DNA of 64,000 nt from Haliotis rufescens (Eukaryota), in NCBI RefSeq assembly GCF_023055435.1, contig NW_025963890.1:59210001-59274000 (forward strand). The letters run 5' to 3'. Position numbers and translations under genes: made by a program. The notes under the pieces were generated by a model. It searched no databases. It saw only the letters and a list, made by a program, of their open reading frames with translations, and was not told where the DNA came from. Every line of letters begins with the position of its first letter. The stretch's first letter is position 1. Positions 48,910 through 62,967 of this stretch are shown here, piece after piece.

Positions 48910-49080
48910 TGAGTGAGTGAGTGAGTATGGTTTTACGCCGCTTTTAGCAATATTCCAGCAATATCACGGCGGGGGAAACCAGAAATGGCCTTCACACATT
49001 GTACCCATGTCGGGAATGGAACCCGGGTCTTCGGCGTGACGAGCGAACGCTTTAACCACTAGGCTACCCGACCGACCCTG
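48910..49080 (-). mobile_element. Full-length tRNA-derived SINE family B
   Basis: Reverse complement of 30740-30912; flanking direct repeats TGCA(A/G)GTATTGA. Confidence 0.9.
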
Positions 49081-49524
49081 CAGGTATTGAACTGTTTGTG
49101 GTTGCGTTTGGGCTCAGTCTCATGTCATTAAAGATATGTCTTGAGCTATTTAAAATTGATTTAAATCAGACACAAAACAAAATAAAATCAATATCTTGAG
49201 CAGATATATTTCTAAAAGTAGGTGTTCAGGAACAGTCTACTCTCTCAAAAACTCAGGCCAACCAACATAAGACAATACTCGTATCCCACTATGAACCAAA
49301 TATATATATATGGGGTGAAATTAGTGAGGCCGAGATTGGGGAAGGGGGTAAAACTTTAGGTTCGTTTGGGTAGCATTTTTAACATATGAGTTCAAATTTT
49401 GGAGAGGCATTCACATATAGTTGTACACTTATGACGTTATTTGATACAAGTGTTCTGGTGGTCTCATTATATCCCAGCAACATCCTCAATACACTTTCAA
49501 CATACGTGATTAATGTTATCCAAA

Positions 49525-49672
49525 TGCACACGCACGCACATGAGCCCGCACGCACACATTACACTCGCCCCCCCGCCACACACACACACGCGCGCACGAA
49601 CACACACACGCGCGCGAACGCAAGCACGCACGCACGCACGCACGCACGCAAGCACGCAAGCACGCACTCACA
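49525..49672. repeat. Complex (CA)/(CGCA)n microsatellite
   Basis: Directly visible; it produces the HTHARTH ORFs. Confidence 0.92.
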
Positions 49673-51009
49673 GGTCCACACTCGAAGTGTTTTGCACAGA
49701 CGTATATATGCTTATTCCCACCATAACGTTTAGAGAATAAATTCTCTTATAAAGTTCTAGTTCTAGTGCGGTCTTTCTGCTTTGTAATCGACTTTGTATT
49801 CATCTCAACTTGTAATGAATCGTTTCTTTGATAAATCAAGAACATCATGATCTAAAGATACCAATATATAACATGATTAAGTAATACTGGGTGTATATTT
49901 GTAGTTGGCCAATCGGCTGCAGGTGACGGAGATGGTTGAAACACAACGAAATCCGTTCATGACTTCTTCAGATAGATCCCTCGAACGTGTCATGGTGTCC
50001 TCACACGGTTCTAGGACTCGGTTTGTTGGTGTAGTGCGGTCGCGAGTTTACCAAGAATGATTAACTTTCTCTCATGTGAGCGGCATTGTCTACCGGTAAA
50101 CTGTCTTATTCTGAACTCACTGCCGTCATTGAACGTAAACGAACTACTTTCATTACCAATGATTCAAGTAGCACCTAATAATAAAAACTAAGAATAACAC
50201 ATTTCACGGAATATTGTCCGGATAAAAGATCGGAAATCGACTAATTATCAAATACTAAAAAGAATGAAATTACCGGTCTTCGGCGCGACGAGCGAACGCT
50301 TTAACCAATAGGCTACCCGACCGCCCCTTTTTTAATGAAGGCTACGGACCAAAAGAGAACCCATTAAAACAATTTACAACAGTCGGAAGCATAATTATTT
50401 TCTTCAAGCATTTCCTGGAACAACTTTTTTTAAAAACATCCCAGCATCCCTACCCACCCCAAATGGTCGGTACCAGAGAACCCCTTTTAACCCTCGCCTG
50501 CATTATAGTTTATTTTACCATCTCTACCTCCATGTGCAAACAGTAACACTGCAACCACAGCATCTTTTGTTTTCACTATCACTATAACTAATGAGGATCA
50601 ACTGTTTACAATGCATGAGAGAGTATGTTTAATTTAACGTCGCTTTGAACAGCATATCTTGGTTCCATGGGAAAAGTATACTTCGGTAGACAATATCAAT
50701 ATTGTTCTCCTGTTCGACCTAGACTATGGTCTGTTCGAACATGGCGTGGTTCACATCGGGTAATAGTGACTTGATTTTATTCTAGTTCACGTGGGTACAT
50801 CAGTGGAAGAAGCGAATTGTCTATTTGACAAGTATTGAACGATAATCGATACACCTGAAGTTTAAGTTAAACTGTTTTCCCCAAATTCCCGTGTTTTCAT
50901 TTTGCCAATCCGAGCAGAAATTCTCGCTTCATATTTCAAATTTCACATAAATGTTCCCTTTTATTAAGTAATCTTGCGAGAATTATCTAGCGATTTGGCC
51001 TACATCATA

Positions 51010-51153
51010 GTGAGTGAGTATTGTTTTACGCCGCTTTTAGCAATATTCCAGCAATATCACGGCAGGGGACACAAGAAATTGGCTTCACACATTGTACCCA
51101 TGTCGGGAAGCGAACCCGGGTCTTCGGCGTGACGAGCAAACGCAAACCGCCCC
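51010..51153 (-). mobile_element. tRNA-derived SINE family B (internal deletion)
   Basis: Family B consensus; a 5' head fragment also lies at ~50273-50327. Confidence 0.85.
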
Positions 51154-51384
51154 CATATTCCAATTAAACAAAACATATTGGTCTAGTTTCTTTTTCTATC
51201 TGTATATGTCTGTCTTTATTAATCGCTAATTCTACCCGCGTTTCAAGTGTGATAACCCAATATTACACGGTAACCCCCTGCTTCTGACTGTACTGAACTT
51301 GATCGCAAATTCTTCTGGCGGCGTTAGGGAGATAATGTTTTACTGTCTTGACTCAAATTTATAATGAATTCTACATGAGCTTCA

Positions 51385-52590
51385 AGCGACTAACGGGATC
51401 GGGTGGTCAGGCTCACTGACTTGGTTGAAGCATGTCATCGATCCCAATTGCGTGGATCGATGCACATGATATCAATCACATGACTGTCTGGTCCAGACTC
51501 GATTATTTACAGACCGCCGTCATATAGCTGGAATATTGCTGAGTGCGGCGTAAAACAACAAACCAACCAACCAACCAATATGTGGTTAATGGAGATAACT
51601 CAACACTGAATTGTAACTCATTGCTTGTTGACTTCACTCAAATAGATTGCCAGTTGTTTGAAGGAGAATACTTATTAAAGAAGGGTACCTCACTTGAGAA
51701 TAGATTTCTAGCAGACATTTATACTAACAGCCATATAAAATGTCCCCGTTACATTGCCCTGATATGATCCACAAAGTTAGGGTTAAACAGCATAATATTA
51801 CGCACTGCCATTCGAGGACACCTGATTTTCAGTGATACAATTATATACTTTTCACCACTATCTTGCCTTCTTCGTCCAATAGTATCAATTTCGGAAGATA
51901 ATGGAGACACATGTGAAGATCCGGGTTAGAATTGGTCACCTGCTTGTCGTAAAAGGCGACTAACAGAAACGGGTGGTCAGGCTCGATGACTTGTTGATGC
52001 ATGTCATCGTATCCCAATTGCGTGGATCGATGCTCATGATGTCAATCATTGGAGTGTCGGGTCTAGACTCCCTTAGTTACAGACATCCGTCCTAAAGCTG
52101 CAATATTGCGGCGTTGAAAACAACAACAGACAAAAGAAAGATTGTTCTCTGGCGTTGACGTTTTATATTTATTTGACTGAAGTCCCCGAGTTTCATCATA
52201 AGCTCAGTAGCATTTATTTATTATACTGATTCAACTACGAACGAAATGTCAAAACTGCCTCCCAAAAGTGCTGTTGCAAACGATAACGTTTCTTAAACGT
52301 GTTTTCTTTATTTATAAGCAGCTGAATCTCTGCACTTGTACACAGCAGACACAATTCGCAACTAACATTAACGTTTGTGTATGTGACAGGTGCTACCGAA
52401 AGGGCGAACACCTGGTATCATCACTTTTTGACAGTGATTCATAAACACATGCTAATCGCAATCCAACAACGAATTATCGGGTGGTCAGGCTCGATGACTT
52501 TGTTGATGCATGTGATCGTCCCAATTGCGTGGATCGATGCTCATGGTATTAATCACTGGATTGTCTGGTCCAGACTCGATTATTTACAAA
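51385..52590 (+). mobile_element. Cluster of three family A SINE-like copies (~51385-51577, ~51913-52130, ~52475-52590)
   Basis: GGTGGTCAGGCTC(G)..GACTT...CCCAATTGCGTGGATCGATGC in each. Confidence 0.82.
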
Positions 52591-52924
52591 AGATGTCAGT
52601 CCAACTAAGTTAAAGCTTTTGTTCATGTATTTAAAAAAAGTGAACCGTTACCGGATGTTTTTTTTTTATATTAAAGTGACATTGGCCTTTCATGTATCTT
52701 TACCACAAAGAGCAGACAAGGAGGATGCGCAATATCATTGTGTTGCCTTAAATCTGATATCTATCCATTTCTTTGTCTTCAAGGGAGGTGGCTGGAAGGT
52801 GATACGTCCACATCCTGACTGTACATTGATTCCTTGTCGAGGTCTAGAAAAGCAAATTACTACACCACATTTAAGACTACTATTATACTATAACCTTATC
52901 TATTAAATGTAAAGTTACGTAAGT

Positions 52925-53296
52925 TTAAAATAGCCCTTATTCGATTTCGTTGTGGCTCATATGATCTTTTTTATTGAAACAGGCAGATATGTAAGTATTG
53001 CAAGAGAACATTGACTTTGTAGGATTTGTAGCACTGAAGATGAACATCACTTTTAATGTGTATGTCCAGTGTATAATGATTTAAGAGTAAAATATCTAAA
53101 TAACTATTTCAACCACAAGCCACTTGGTAACACGTCTTGCAAATTAATGACACGTGATTTTACAGAAACTATGAGAAATTTATCAATGTTCATTTATCAT
53201 GCTATGAAAAATATATGAATTTGTAACACGCCCCAGACAATGTACTATAGGTCTTTGGCCTCATCTGTGCCATGAATCAAGATTGATTGACTGACA
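52925..53296 (+). mobile_element. 3' remnant of a LINE (RTEX-like C-terminal cysteine motif)
   Basis: Translates approximately as IALIRFRCGSYDLFIETGRY..IARE.*LCRICSTEDEHHF*CVCPVYNDLR; (GATT)n-type tail at ~53281-53295. Confidence 0.7.
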
Positions 53297-53722
53297 GGTA
53301 TATTTTATAGGGCAAAAGCTTGTATATCTTGTCCGGAAGTCTAATGATGAAAGCATAGGTAATAGTCACTCATGCTTGTGATGTTATGACGTCACCTCTT
53401 GCACTAATCCGGCTATTTAACGTGTCTATAACTTCGGGTCATTTGAGAAATCCACACATTTATATGAATACTTGCCAAAATGTCTTGTCGGCGAAAAGAC
53501 CACGACACATTTAAGAATATTTCCTCTTGCGAATTTATCCTTTATTTTCATTAGTTGTACACTTAAACATGCAGACAACGACGTATGTCATTCTGTAAAA
53601 TTAACATAATTAAACGACTGCTCAGATTTGAGAACATACACATTAAACTTTATTTTCCACAGGTGGGACAGGATGCGCTCTTCGTGAACACTTGGTTCAA
53701 AAACACATGCTTAAGAGGATGT

Positions 53723-53960
53723 CGACCCGTGACGATCCGGGGTAGAATAGGTCTTCAGCAACCCATGCCTGCCGTAACAGGCGACTATGCCTGTCGTAAA
53801 AGGCGAAGGGATCGGGTGATCAGGCTCGCTGAGTTGTTTCATGCATGTCATCGTATCCCAATCGCGTGGGTCTATGCTCATGATATCAATCACTGTATTG
53901 TCTGATCCAGGCTCGATTATTTACAGACCGCAGTCAAATAGCTGGAATATTCCTGAGTGT
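53723..53960 (+). mobile_element. SINE-like repeat family A
   Basis: Family A consensus. Confidence 0.85.
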
Positions 53961-54184
53961 TTGAAGTATTAAAGTATTAAATCCATTTTCGAAATCTCTT
54001 ACTTTAAAGCAAAACCCAGTTGATTTATGTCCAATAACTGAACACAGTTCTGGTACACATAAGGACACGTCACTACGACTGCGTAACACATATGTCATTC
54101 AGTAAAATTAACATAATTAAAGTCTTTACAGATATGTGGGATTCATCAGGTAGTCTGCGTGACGTCGATTATTTCTATCCGGTG

Positions 54185-57100
54185 TCATATGCAGTGTAAC
54201 GCCATGGACGACCCGGTCACCCCTCGTTCATCTCCCACCCAGAACAGCTCTTCGGGGTCTCCACTGACATTGACTGGAACTGGCTTCAGTCGGCCATTTG
54301 GGTTGCAACGTGTGCAGTCCTTGAACCACCATCCAGAGCCGTGAATTTGAGGACAGCTACCTGTTGGATTATCATCATTGTCTCTGTCATAAGTGCTGAA
54401 TTTAGCCCCCTTCAGTTCTGTCATTGTGTCATTCAGCTTGTTTTTTGGGGATGTCGTGCTTGCATTATACTCGCTAAATGTCATTCTATAGCCATCAGTT
54501 TCATCAGTTAGTTTGAAGTTTTTAAAGTTGATTTGTCTCCATTTCGGACAGCATGGATAGGTGAGATGAACTATCAACTGACATATTACCCTGTCACTGA
54601 TTGCTTTTATTTTTTCAAGGCCAAGCCAGTGGTCACGTGTGACCTCCCCAAAGCCTTCTCGATAGTCCCGCCATTTCCTGTTGAAGTTGATACCATAGTG
54701 CTGCTTCTGAAAGTAGGTTCTTCCTCCAAAAGTCATGTGGCAGAAGACTTCGAATGGTGGGGAAGAGGTATTAGGTTCGATGGTAAAGACACCCGTGCCT
54801 GTTGCTCCATTCCTGAACCCCTCGCTACAATCTGATAATGAAATAGTATTAGTAACACAATGACCATGTAGTTTAAGCATACAGTGAAACACCCTGACGA
54901 ATTCTAGAGAAACGACTAACTGGTCATGTCACTTAATCTCAATTAATCATCATTTTAAAAATATAATGTTGAGCTTTACAAAGATTCAAAGAGAGTTGAC
55001 AAACTGTAAGAATATTACAAATACAATAACTGCATATGTGTTTGCTTGCCATACTTTACTGCTCCGACGGTCAAATATCAGATAAGTGCATCCACAGTGT
55101 ACAATGATTAATAGAGTGTCGGGTTGTGATTTCACATATGGAAGGACCGTTCAGTGTTTGTCTTTCCTTTATTTTCGTCGTAAAATTAACTTATTGAACC
55201 ATACCATTAAACTTATACATACAGACGTTCACACATTGACATATATTCTCAAAACAAAGTAGGGGATCATGAAATATAATTGTTTTAATCGGTCGTCAGA
55301 AGAATATAAGTTTTGAAAAAAAGACGGCCCGAGATCGTTTTCGGAACCACAATCTAACGGCCCAACACACAAGAAATATTGCACGTGGACAGTACATTGG
55401 TAGTGGAGCTTTATTGATTTTGACACTTCAGTATCGCAATGAACCATTTGTATTGTAGATCTTTCAGATACCAAGAAATCGAACCCAAATAGCCAATCAA
55501 ATCGCAGTTCACTTGCGCCAGGCCACCGGAGTGCAAGTTAATGACCAGACGATAAGAAATCGTGTTGTTCTACGTAAACAAATCGACACATTCAAGCTAG
55601 ACACCGATAGGTACGGTGGGAATCGCCGATGGCCTGGTGTAATGTTTTCAGATGAGTTCAAATTTCCTCTGGACTTTCTAGATAGGTATTGACGTGTCTG
55701 GAGGCGCCCTAACGAACGTCATGAGAACGGCAACGTAAGTCAACATGACAGGTTTGGGGCTGGGGCTGTAATGATATGGGCCGGGATCTCCCTGGCTGCC
55801 AGAACGCCACTACATATTGTCCATGCAAGGGTCACTGGACAATACTACCGAAGCAGCATACTGACGCCAATAACCACCTTATCTGTTTTCGTATTAAATC
55901 TGTCCAAGATTGTCAGAAAATGTCCATAGTAGATTGAATGACAAGGGGGATGACTTCAACTTTCAATACACATACAGTCGGAATCGTACAATGGAGCAGA
56001 TAGCTCCTGGTTATCGAAAGAGTTTGGTCGCTTTTATTTGCGATACATCTAACGCCTTATGTAAAGGGCTATGATGAAGGCAGGAGATATCCAATGTACA
56101 AATATAGTTCATGTTGATACAAAAAATATGTTATACAATTGCTGAAGGGGGATGACTTCAACTTTCAATACACATACAGTCGGAATCGTACAATGGAGCA
56201 GATAGCTCCTGGTTATCGAAAGAGTTTGGTCGCTTTTATTTGCGATACATCTAACGCCTTATGTAAAGGGCTATGATGAAGGCAGGAGATATCCAATGTA
56301 CAAATATAGTTCATGTTGATACAAAAAATATGTTATACAATTGCTGAACATGATATTTTCAAGATATTTCACTTGGCATCACTTGTGACACAACAGCTTC
56401 AAATGTGAAGATATGGTTATGCCAGGATTGAACAAAACATTTATCCATTTTTGCATGTTTTATACTTAACATTGTTCATTCAATGATCCCTACCACTCTC
56501 TTTCTTGATAAAATAAGCAAACTTATCAGTTTGCAATCAAGTGTAATAAAAACGTCCACTTAATTCTGTGAACCCATTTCTGTCCAAAAACTATCCATAC
56601 TGTGGCAGGTCTTGGTCAAAGGTATTTACCAAGTTCCACATGCTTTGTACGTAAGTATATACTAAGGAATGAAAAATGAAAACAATCCTTCACAAAACTC
56701 AGCTTTAAGTCACATGGACTATAGTCAAGCAAACTTTCGGTTTGCTCAAAACTTTTTTCTGTATATTGCAAAAGCACAAAGATGTAACTACAAGTATCAA
56801 GGCACATAATGCAAATTATTTTTAACAATTCAATCAAGTTTACCGTTATAAGGCCAGTAAAGTTTCCTTTGCTCAAAACCCATTTTTGTGTTTTGAAATC
56901 ACAAACGTGGAGCATAAAAGTATCATGACATACAATTTAACTACTTGTAAAAATACATTTTACTGTCAATAAAACAGCAAAGTCTGCCATGTTAAAAAAA
57001 ACAGAAATTGATGCTGTCTATGGGTGTGGCTTGATGGTACCTTGGTAATTAGTTATTATTGGTCTTTGAACTGACTGACTGACTGACTGTCTGATAATCC

Positions 57101-59456
57101 CCCTTTGCAACTATATATAAAATAATATCCTTTATTCTGAAACTCAAAACAAGTTAGTGCATCGTTGTTTAACACAAGTAACGTCCAAAGGGGTGGTAAA
57201 CCTAACTCAATCCCCCCTATTAGTTTTGCATTTCTTTTCTCGATCCCTTGGGGGTATATATCTTGTCTTTGGAAAGCAAACATCAAGCGCTTATCTGCCT
57301 TTACATGAATACTTACCATACCAATACCGTTGGCAGTATCTTCCAGCAAAGCTGTAGGGACAAATACAAGAAACCTTTCTTGAATCGGACCAGTAGCCGC
57401 CGTTTTCACATGGTGGAGGTGGGTATGTCTGAAATATTGGAACTTGTCTCAGAACTACATTGGAGTCAAATGCAATCATGTTGGATAAGGAAGCGCTCAT
57501 TTGGTAAATCAAACCATAGGTGCTATGGCAAGATATTTTCCCTTTAAACGTTTTTATTCTGAATATATGCGCCGAAAAACGCAATGCCTTCTTTGATAAA
57601 CATCTAAGATACCACCGAGATGCCATACCTTCTCTGATAAATGCAAACAAAGTTACCAACGCTGAACGTCCGTTTCACATGCCTGGGGAGGGAATGTCAG
57701 ACACAAGAGGAGTGTAGAATCTACTACACAGGTGAGCGTTATATGTTGTTATTGATGAAAAGTGTTACCAACGATAAACGGCCGTTTCACATGGTTGGGA
57801 TAGGGGTATGTGTGTGGTGTTAGACACATGATGAATGCTGAGTATACTTCTCCGAAACACATATAATAACAGAGAATCTACTAAACAGGGGTATGTTATA
57901 TGTTGTTATTGATGAAAATGTGCTTTATTCATATTATCATACCTTATTTCGTCCGTCTTACTTTTCATTTTGAAGACGACAACTTCAAAGAAAAATAATT
58001 TTCAGAATTCCAGGCCATTCACCAGGTCCAGCGAATTATCTGTTTTAGTAAAACAGAGTGCCACGTTATTTTGTGCATCTTCTGGACCACATTGACTTAA
58101 AACATAAACAGTCCCTCTCACTGAATTTCAAATGGTCATCTCAGTTTCCAATACCATAAATGTAGTTGACGTAGCTTGCTTTGGGACCGTTTTGGCTTGT
58201 TTGGGCGAGGTCCCGTTTCCTTCGCCACAATGGCCAAGATAGTTGGGGAATTAACTTGATAGAGCTGATTACTATGACCTTCAAGAGAGAGAAGGCTGCT
58301 GAGTCCCTTGGTGTTCTTATTCTAGGCAGAGTAAAGCATCTGCCACTGGACTCAGGCCTTCTGCAGCATGTGTTAGTTACCAAATCTTGAAACTGTAATC
58401 CAAATATGTCAAATGCCTGGTGTATTAATTGCGATTATTACTTAGTTAGGTAGTGCACTGACCACTTAATATTCTATATATTCCTACCTAGATAAAATCT
58501 ACCAATTAGATGTTACAGCCTGGGGGAACTTATTATTGAAATATGGCCACTATAATTATGGATTAGTTGTAGTGATTTTAGAACTAATGACATATTCATT
58601 TAAGAGTCGATACCTTATTTTATAAATGACGAGTCGGAATTGTTTATCGTACAATAAACACTGCACGGAGAATAAACCGTTTTTTTCACTGCAGTGTTTT
58701 ATTGTGCGATAAACCACGAGTCGTTTATTTCTTATGTGAGATGTCAAGACTCTTTATGATGATGAGGAATGTACAAAGTTTAGAAATATTTACCCTATTT
58801 TAATAATGATAACTCCCAACAGAATCCAACCTCGGCAATGTCCATTGTATGCACAGGTTGGTATTTTCCGCATATTTTCACATCAGTCACGTCGATTACC
58901 TGTACCTTTTTTACCAATGACGATTGTCATATCTCTCCCGCTTTTGAATGCGATCGTTCGTCCATCGCGTTTATCTGCACTGCCCCACTACATCTATGGG
59001 GAACAATTTACTAGACACTCCCCCCTCAAAAATAACGTCGTCCAATATATGACTTCATCAAGTTGCGAGCGCATGTTCGAATCTCCAGAAATGTCGCCAT
59101 GATAGAGCAATTTTTTATCGTAAAAAAAACACACTTCGCTTTTGCGATTTCTCGCGTAGCTATCTTATATAATCAAATATAGCGTGACTTACCTTTCTGA
59201 AGGAGACATCTTTGATGACCATGTCCTGTAATCCGGACATCGTTATGAGGCTACAAGTACCGTTCTCCACTGACATGATGGTGGCCGCACAAGTATCAGA
59301 CGAAGCACATTGTTTCAAACAGTCAAGAATAAAATCCCGATCCGCTGGAGATAATTTAACAGAAGGGGTGAACACTTTGGCGGTTGTCCCAGACGAGAGA
59401 TGTGCGTTTAACATTAAGATACCAACAATTAACGTGAACGCAGTAGCGAGAGACAT
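54185..59456 (-). CDS. Secreted PAN/apple-like + EGF + fibrinogen C-terminal (FReD) protein, ~340 aa; exons 59456-59193, 57428-57317, 54831-54185
   Basis: Hydrophobic signal peptide MSLATAFTLIVGILMLNAHLSSG; CLKQC...C...C motif; EGF-like CENGG...CICPYSFAGRYC; FReD motifs VFCHM, FNRKWRDYREGFG, HWLGLEKI, KFSTYDRDND, GWWFKDC..CNPNG; GT-AG introns with consistent phases (0, 1). Confidence 0.9.
55500..55880 (+). mobile_element. Tc1-like transposase remnant in the FReD gene intron
   Basis: QTIRNR...VMFSDEFKF...RVWRRPNER...HDRFGAGAVMIWAGIS, with a stop and a deletion. Confidence 0.8.
55944..56348. repeat. Apparently exact ~202-bp tandem duplication
   Basis: AGGGGGATGACTTCAACTTTCAATACAC...ATACAATTGCTGA occurs twice. 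Confidence 0.95.
58612..59169. mobile_element. Unclassified non-autonomous element with a left terminal hairpin
   Basis: Imperfect palindrome TTTATCGTACAATAAACACTGCA...TGCAGTGTTTTATTGTGCGATAAA, then a body homologous to 9811-10260. Confidence 0.75.
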
Positions 59457-61176
59457 ATTGCTGGCACAGTCACTCCACTCCAGTCTACATCTGATACTCA
59501 TCAATCCCATCAATCCATCAAGACATCACATCATACCAACAGTGCATCGTCGTCCTTTGTCTGGGAATCTGAGAATATCCATCACAACAATTGTCAATTG
59601 TAAAGGGACGTCTTTAATGTTCAAGATGTTCATGAAATTTTAATGGAGAGACTTTATTGGTAACGATTATAATTTTTGATGTACTGATTGGAATGGCATA
59701 GAGAAGAATTCACAGTCAATGTGTAAATCAATTAATAATGTATTTCTAATCAAGGAAAGAAATCCAATTGTAAGACTTAAAGGTTACAAACTCGTATTTC
59801 ATGATCGGTATTGCAAGCACACAAAGCTAGTCACGATAATGTGTAAATAGAAAGAGAATTGGAATTAATATAACTCATTTACTTGAATAAGGACAAATAA
59901 TAGCGTCTATACACCTTTGGTTACGGGTGCTATACAAAACGCCCACGGCATGATGTTAGAGTTAACACACTGCGTCTTTGGAAATAAAAAGTTCTGCAGT
60001 GAACAAGTCCGACAACAAGATGAGGTAGATCTAAACGGTTTAACTTCCTGATGCAATTTTACGGTGACGAAACCTTCAAATGAGGTTATTCCAATGTAGA
60101 AAAAGTCCGTTCATTTGTGAATTAGGTATTGTGTACACCAATTTCCAGTCATCATCATTTGAAGAAGGTAGCTTGACTAGTATCCAGGTAAAGACCTACA
60201 TGCAGTCGAAGCAAATGTTAAAGTGTGGGAATGAAAGTACAACGTATGCTTATTTCTAAGATGCTCAAAAGATCAAATGCGGCGATTGTACTTTACCATT
60301 CGATAAAGCAAACTTTTTGAGTTACGTCATACAAGGCTGACGTCATGCCGCTGTTCCCCGTATCCTTGATGTCATCGTTCTGTCCTTACAGTCAAGCAAG
60401 ATGGCGTATCCACATCACTTACCGGTGATATAGTTTCTTTAACTTGTCGAATATTTGAATAATATTGACCTGAGATGAAATAAGGCAAAGCATATGAAAA
60501 GCCACCTTGTTACAAAAATGAATGACGACAATGCTAAATCACTAGATCAAAACATGCAGACAACTGGTAACAAGAACAACATTTCTGCAAATTAATTACT
60601 GCCACATAAATCCTGACCAGCACAAACAGACATCCAAACTAACATGCGTAATGTTCATGTGGACAGAAGACAGTATCCAACAATATCAATGTCTGCATAT
60701 TTCTGGTGGCTTCAGCACTCTCTTTGCTGCTTATGTAACTGCCTAAAACATAACGATTAATCTTGTTATACCTGCATGGCCAGTTCTAGTGAAAACATCG
60801 GATTTGCATCGAAAGTAACCTTTCCGCCTGTGTGACGTTTCACAAGTGATCGAGTGGCTTGGCTTCATTGAGCAAAGCTGTGACATTACGCCTCAGATAT
60901 TGTCAAATACCAGAGATGAATCATTATTGTTGTTATTAAGATCATACAGTTTCAAATATGCTCAATACATCAATTAATCATTTTGTTAATTGAATGCAAT
61001 GTAGTTGCAGGAATTAATTTCTCGGCGAATGTATTTTCCCAAAAGAAGTTATAGGGTTATTTGGTTTGCTTCACATTGCAAGGACAATATGTATCTCTAC
61101 GCATAATGTACTGTAAGATTTCAACAATGTTGTGTATTTGTTTCTAAATAGGGAATAGTTTAAGGTGAAAATTATA

Positions 61177-61296
61177 AATAGATTTCATCACTCGTGTTTT
61201 TTAATATGAAAAATATCAACCTCATCCCGTTACTCTGTATCCATCGCCAGAGTTTCGATTGATGTATCCCATATAAAACACTCGGGATGAATATCT
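61177..61296. mobile_element. Hairpin element related to 32750-32903
   Basis: TTCATCACTCGTGTTTTTTAATATG...CCCATATAAAACACTCGGGATGAA. Confidence 0.7.
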
Positions 61297-62264
61297 GTGT
61301 TACTTTGCATATGCATGAATCATGTGACGGAGTGCCTTTAGGTAGTTTTGGGTTTGCAGAATCTATCACAATCAAAAAATAATGGTTTGAATTTTTTCGT
61401 TTGCCGGATAGCCTTTTCTTGGATGGATAAGTAACATAACAAGATAAAATAATTGCAACTGCTATACTATCACGCAGAATTACACCTTTAACAGTTTAAA
61501 TGATAACTAATGTTGTCTCTGGAAACTGAGAACAAAACCTTCTTTGAAGTTCCACCCCAATTTTGCCTTTCACGCCAAAGGAATGTTTTGGCCGATAATC
61601 GAGACTGGTTATTTTCTTACGTTTTATATTAATATGTTAGTATAGACTTACGTCACATGCTCCACTTTAAAGAGTATTACCATTTTATGTCTCCCATTAA
61701 CCGACACTAAACTACAATATTGAGCTACACAGTGTTTCGATCACGCGCTTAGCAAAAATCTGTAATCAATGAAACAACAAAAATATGGCCAAAGGCAGGA
61801 CATGATAACATTGGTTCGTGCTTGTAGGTTTTGTTTGGACATGAAGACCAACACGATTAATACCCCTGAGACTATGGTGCTTTTCGTTTCTTAAACCAAC
61901 ATTTTACCTGAGTGGAACAATAATGACATACATGGAATATGTGTTTGCAGAAAATAAAGAAAGCACTGGGATGAATTAAGGACTGGCAAATTACACGAAG
62001 CACAGAGCTTGCTTTCCTCGCTGCCGATTTATTGATCCAACGTGGCGAGTGGCAGGTTCTACTATAGAATTGCGTGAGAGCACATCATGTGTATTTGCTG
62101 ATGTAACTCGTCATGGTAAGTAAATAACTGTTAAACCCAGAAAAAAGTTAATCGACAGGACGACAATTAGTGTTCAGTATGAATGGCTCACTGAAAATCA
62201 GTTTCTCTATTGATACCCTTTTAACAATATAACAGTTTTTCACGTATTTATCTTAGTGTTGGGA

Positions 62265-62535
62265 TTGTTTGCTTGTTTGTTTGTTGTTTAACGCCGCACT
62301 CAGCAAGATTCCAGCTGTATGACGGTGGTCCGTAAATACTTGAAATCTGGACCAGGTAGCCCAGTGATTGACATCGTGAGCATCGATCTAGGAAATGGGG
62401 ATAAGATGACATGCGTCAACCACGTCAGTGAGCCTGACCACCCGATCCCGTTAGTCGCTAGTCGATAAGCAGAGTCGCCTCTTACGTCAAGCATGGCTTG
62501 CGGAATACCTATCCTAACCCGGATCATCACGGATC
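62265..62535 (-). mobile_element. SINE-like repeat family A
   Basis: Reverse complement of the family A consensus. Confidence 0.85.
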
Positions 62536-62619
62536 GCTTAGTGTATGGTAAATACTTGAAGAAACTTGTGATTGCCGGTCTGGATGTATGAAATCATACA
62601 TACTAACGGGTATAAATAA

Positions 62620-62688
62620 GGTGATGGTGAGGTGAAATTTGGTTTAACGTCACGTCCAAGATTATTGCACCTATATAGCGACGTGCAT

Positions 62689-62737
<49 letters not shown>

Positions 62738-62967
62738 TGCTGCCGATTTATAGTGCTAGCTCACTGAGATACCATGCCGCAGTTTAACATGAATACCCCA
62801 CTCAGACAAAGTATACTCCGAGCCGACCAGCCCTTTTATGCCAAGCGCCAGACAGGGTAACAACAAGTACCATCTTTTACGGTCTTTTGGTTGACGCGGC
62901 CGGGGATCGAACCCCGGACCTTGCGCTCTCCGGGCGGACGCTCTACCAATAGACCACGCAGGCGGTC
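62620..62967 (-). mobile_element. tRNA-derived SINE family C with expanded (TG)n
   Basis: Reverse complement of the family C consensus. Confidence 0.9.

Noticed and set aside
53560-53630. Short repeat of the FReD 3' flank (also ~54090-54135)
   Set aside because: About 40 bp of AT-rich identity; not enough to claim a second gene remnant.
56350-57020. Possible decayed L1/Tx1-type LINE fragment on the minus strand
   Set aside because: Only vague peptide resemblance; no diagnostic motif could be reconstructed by eye.
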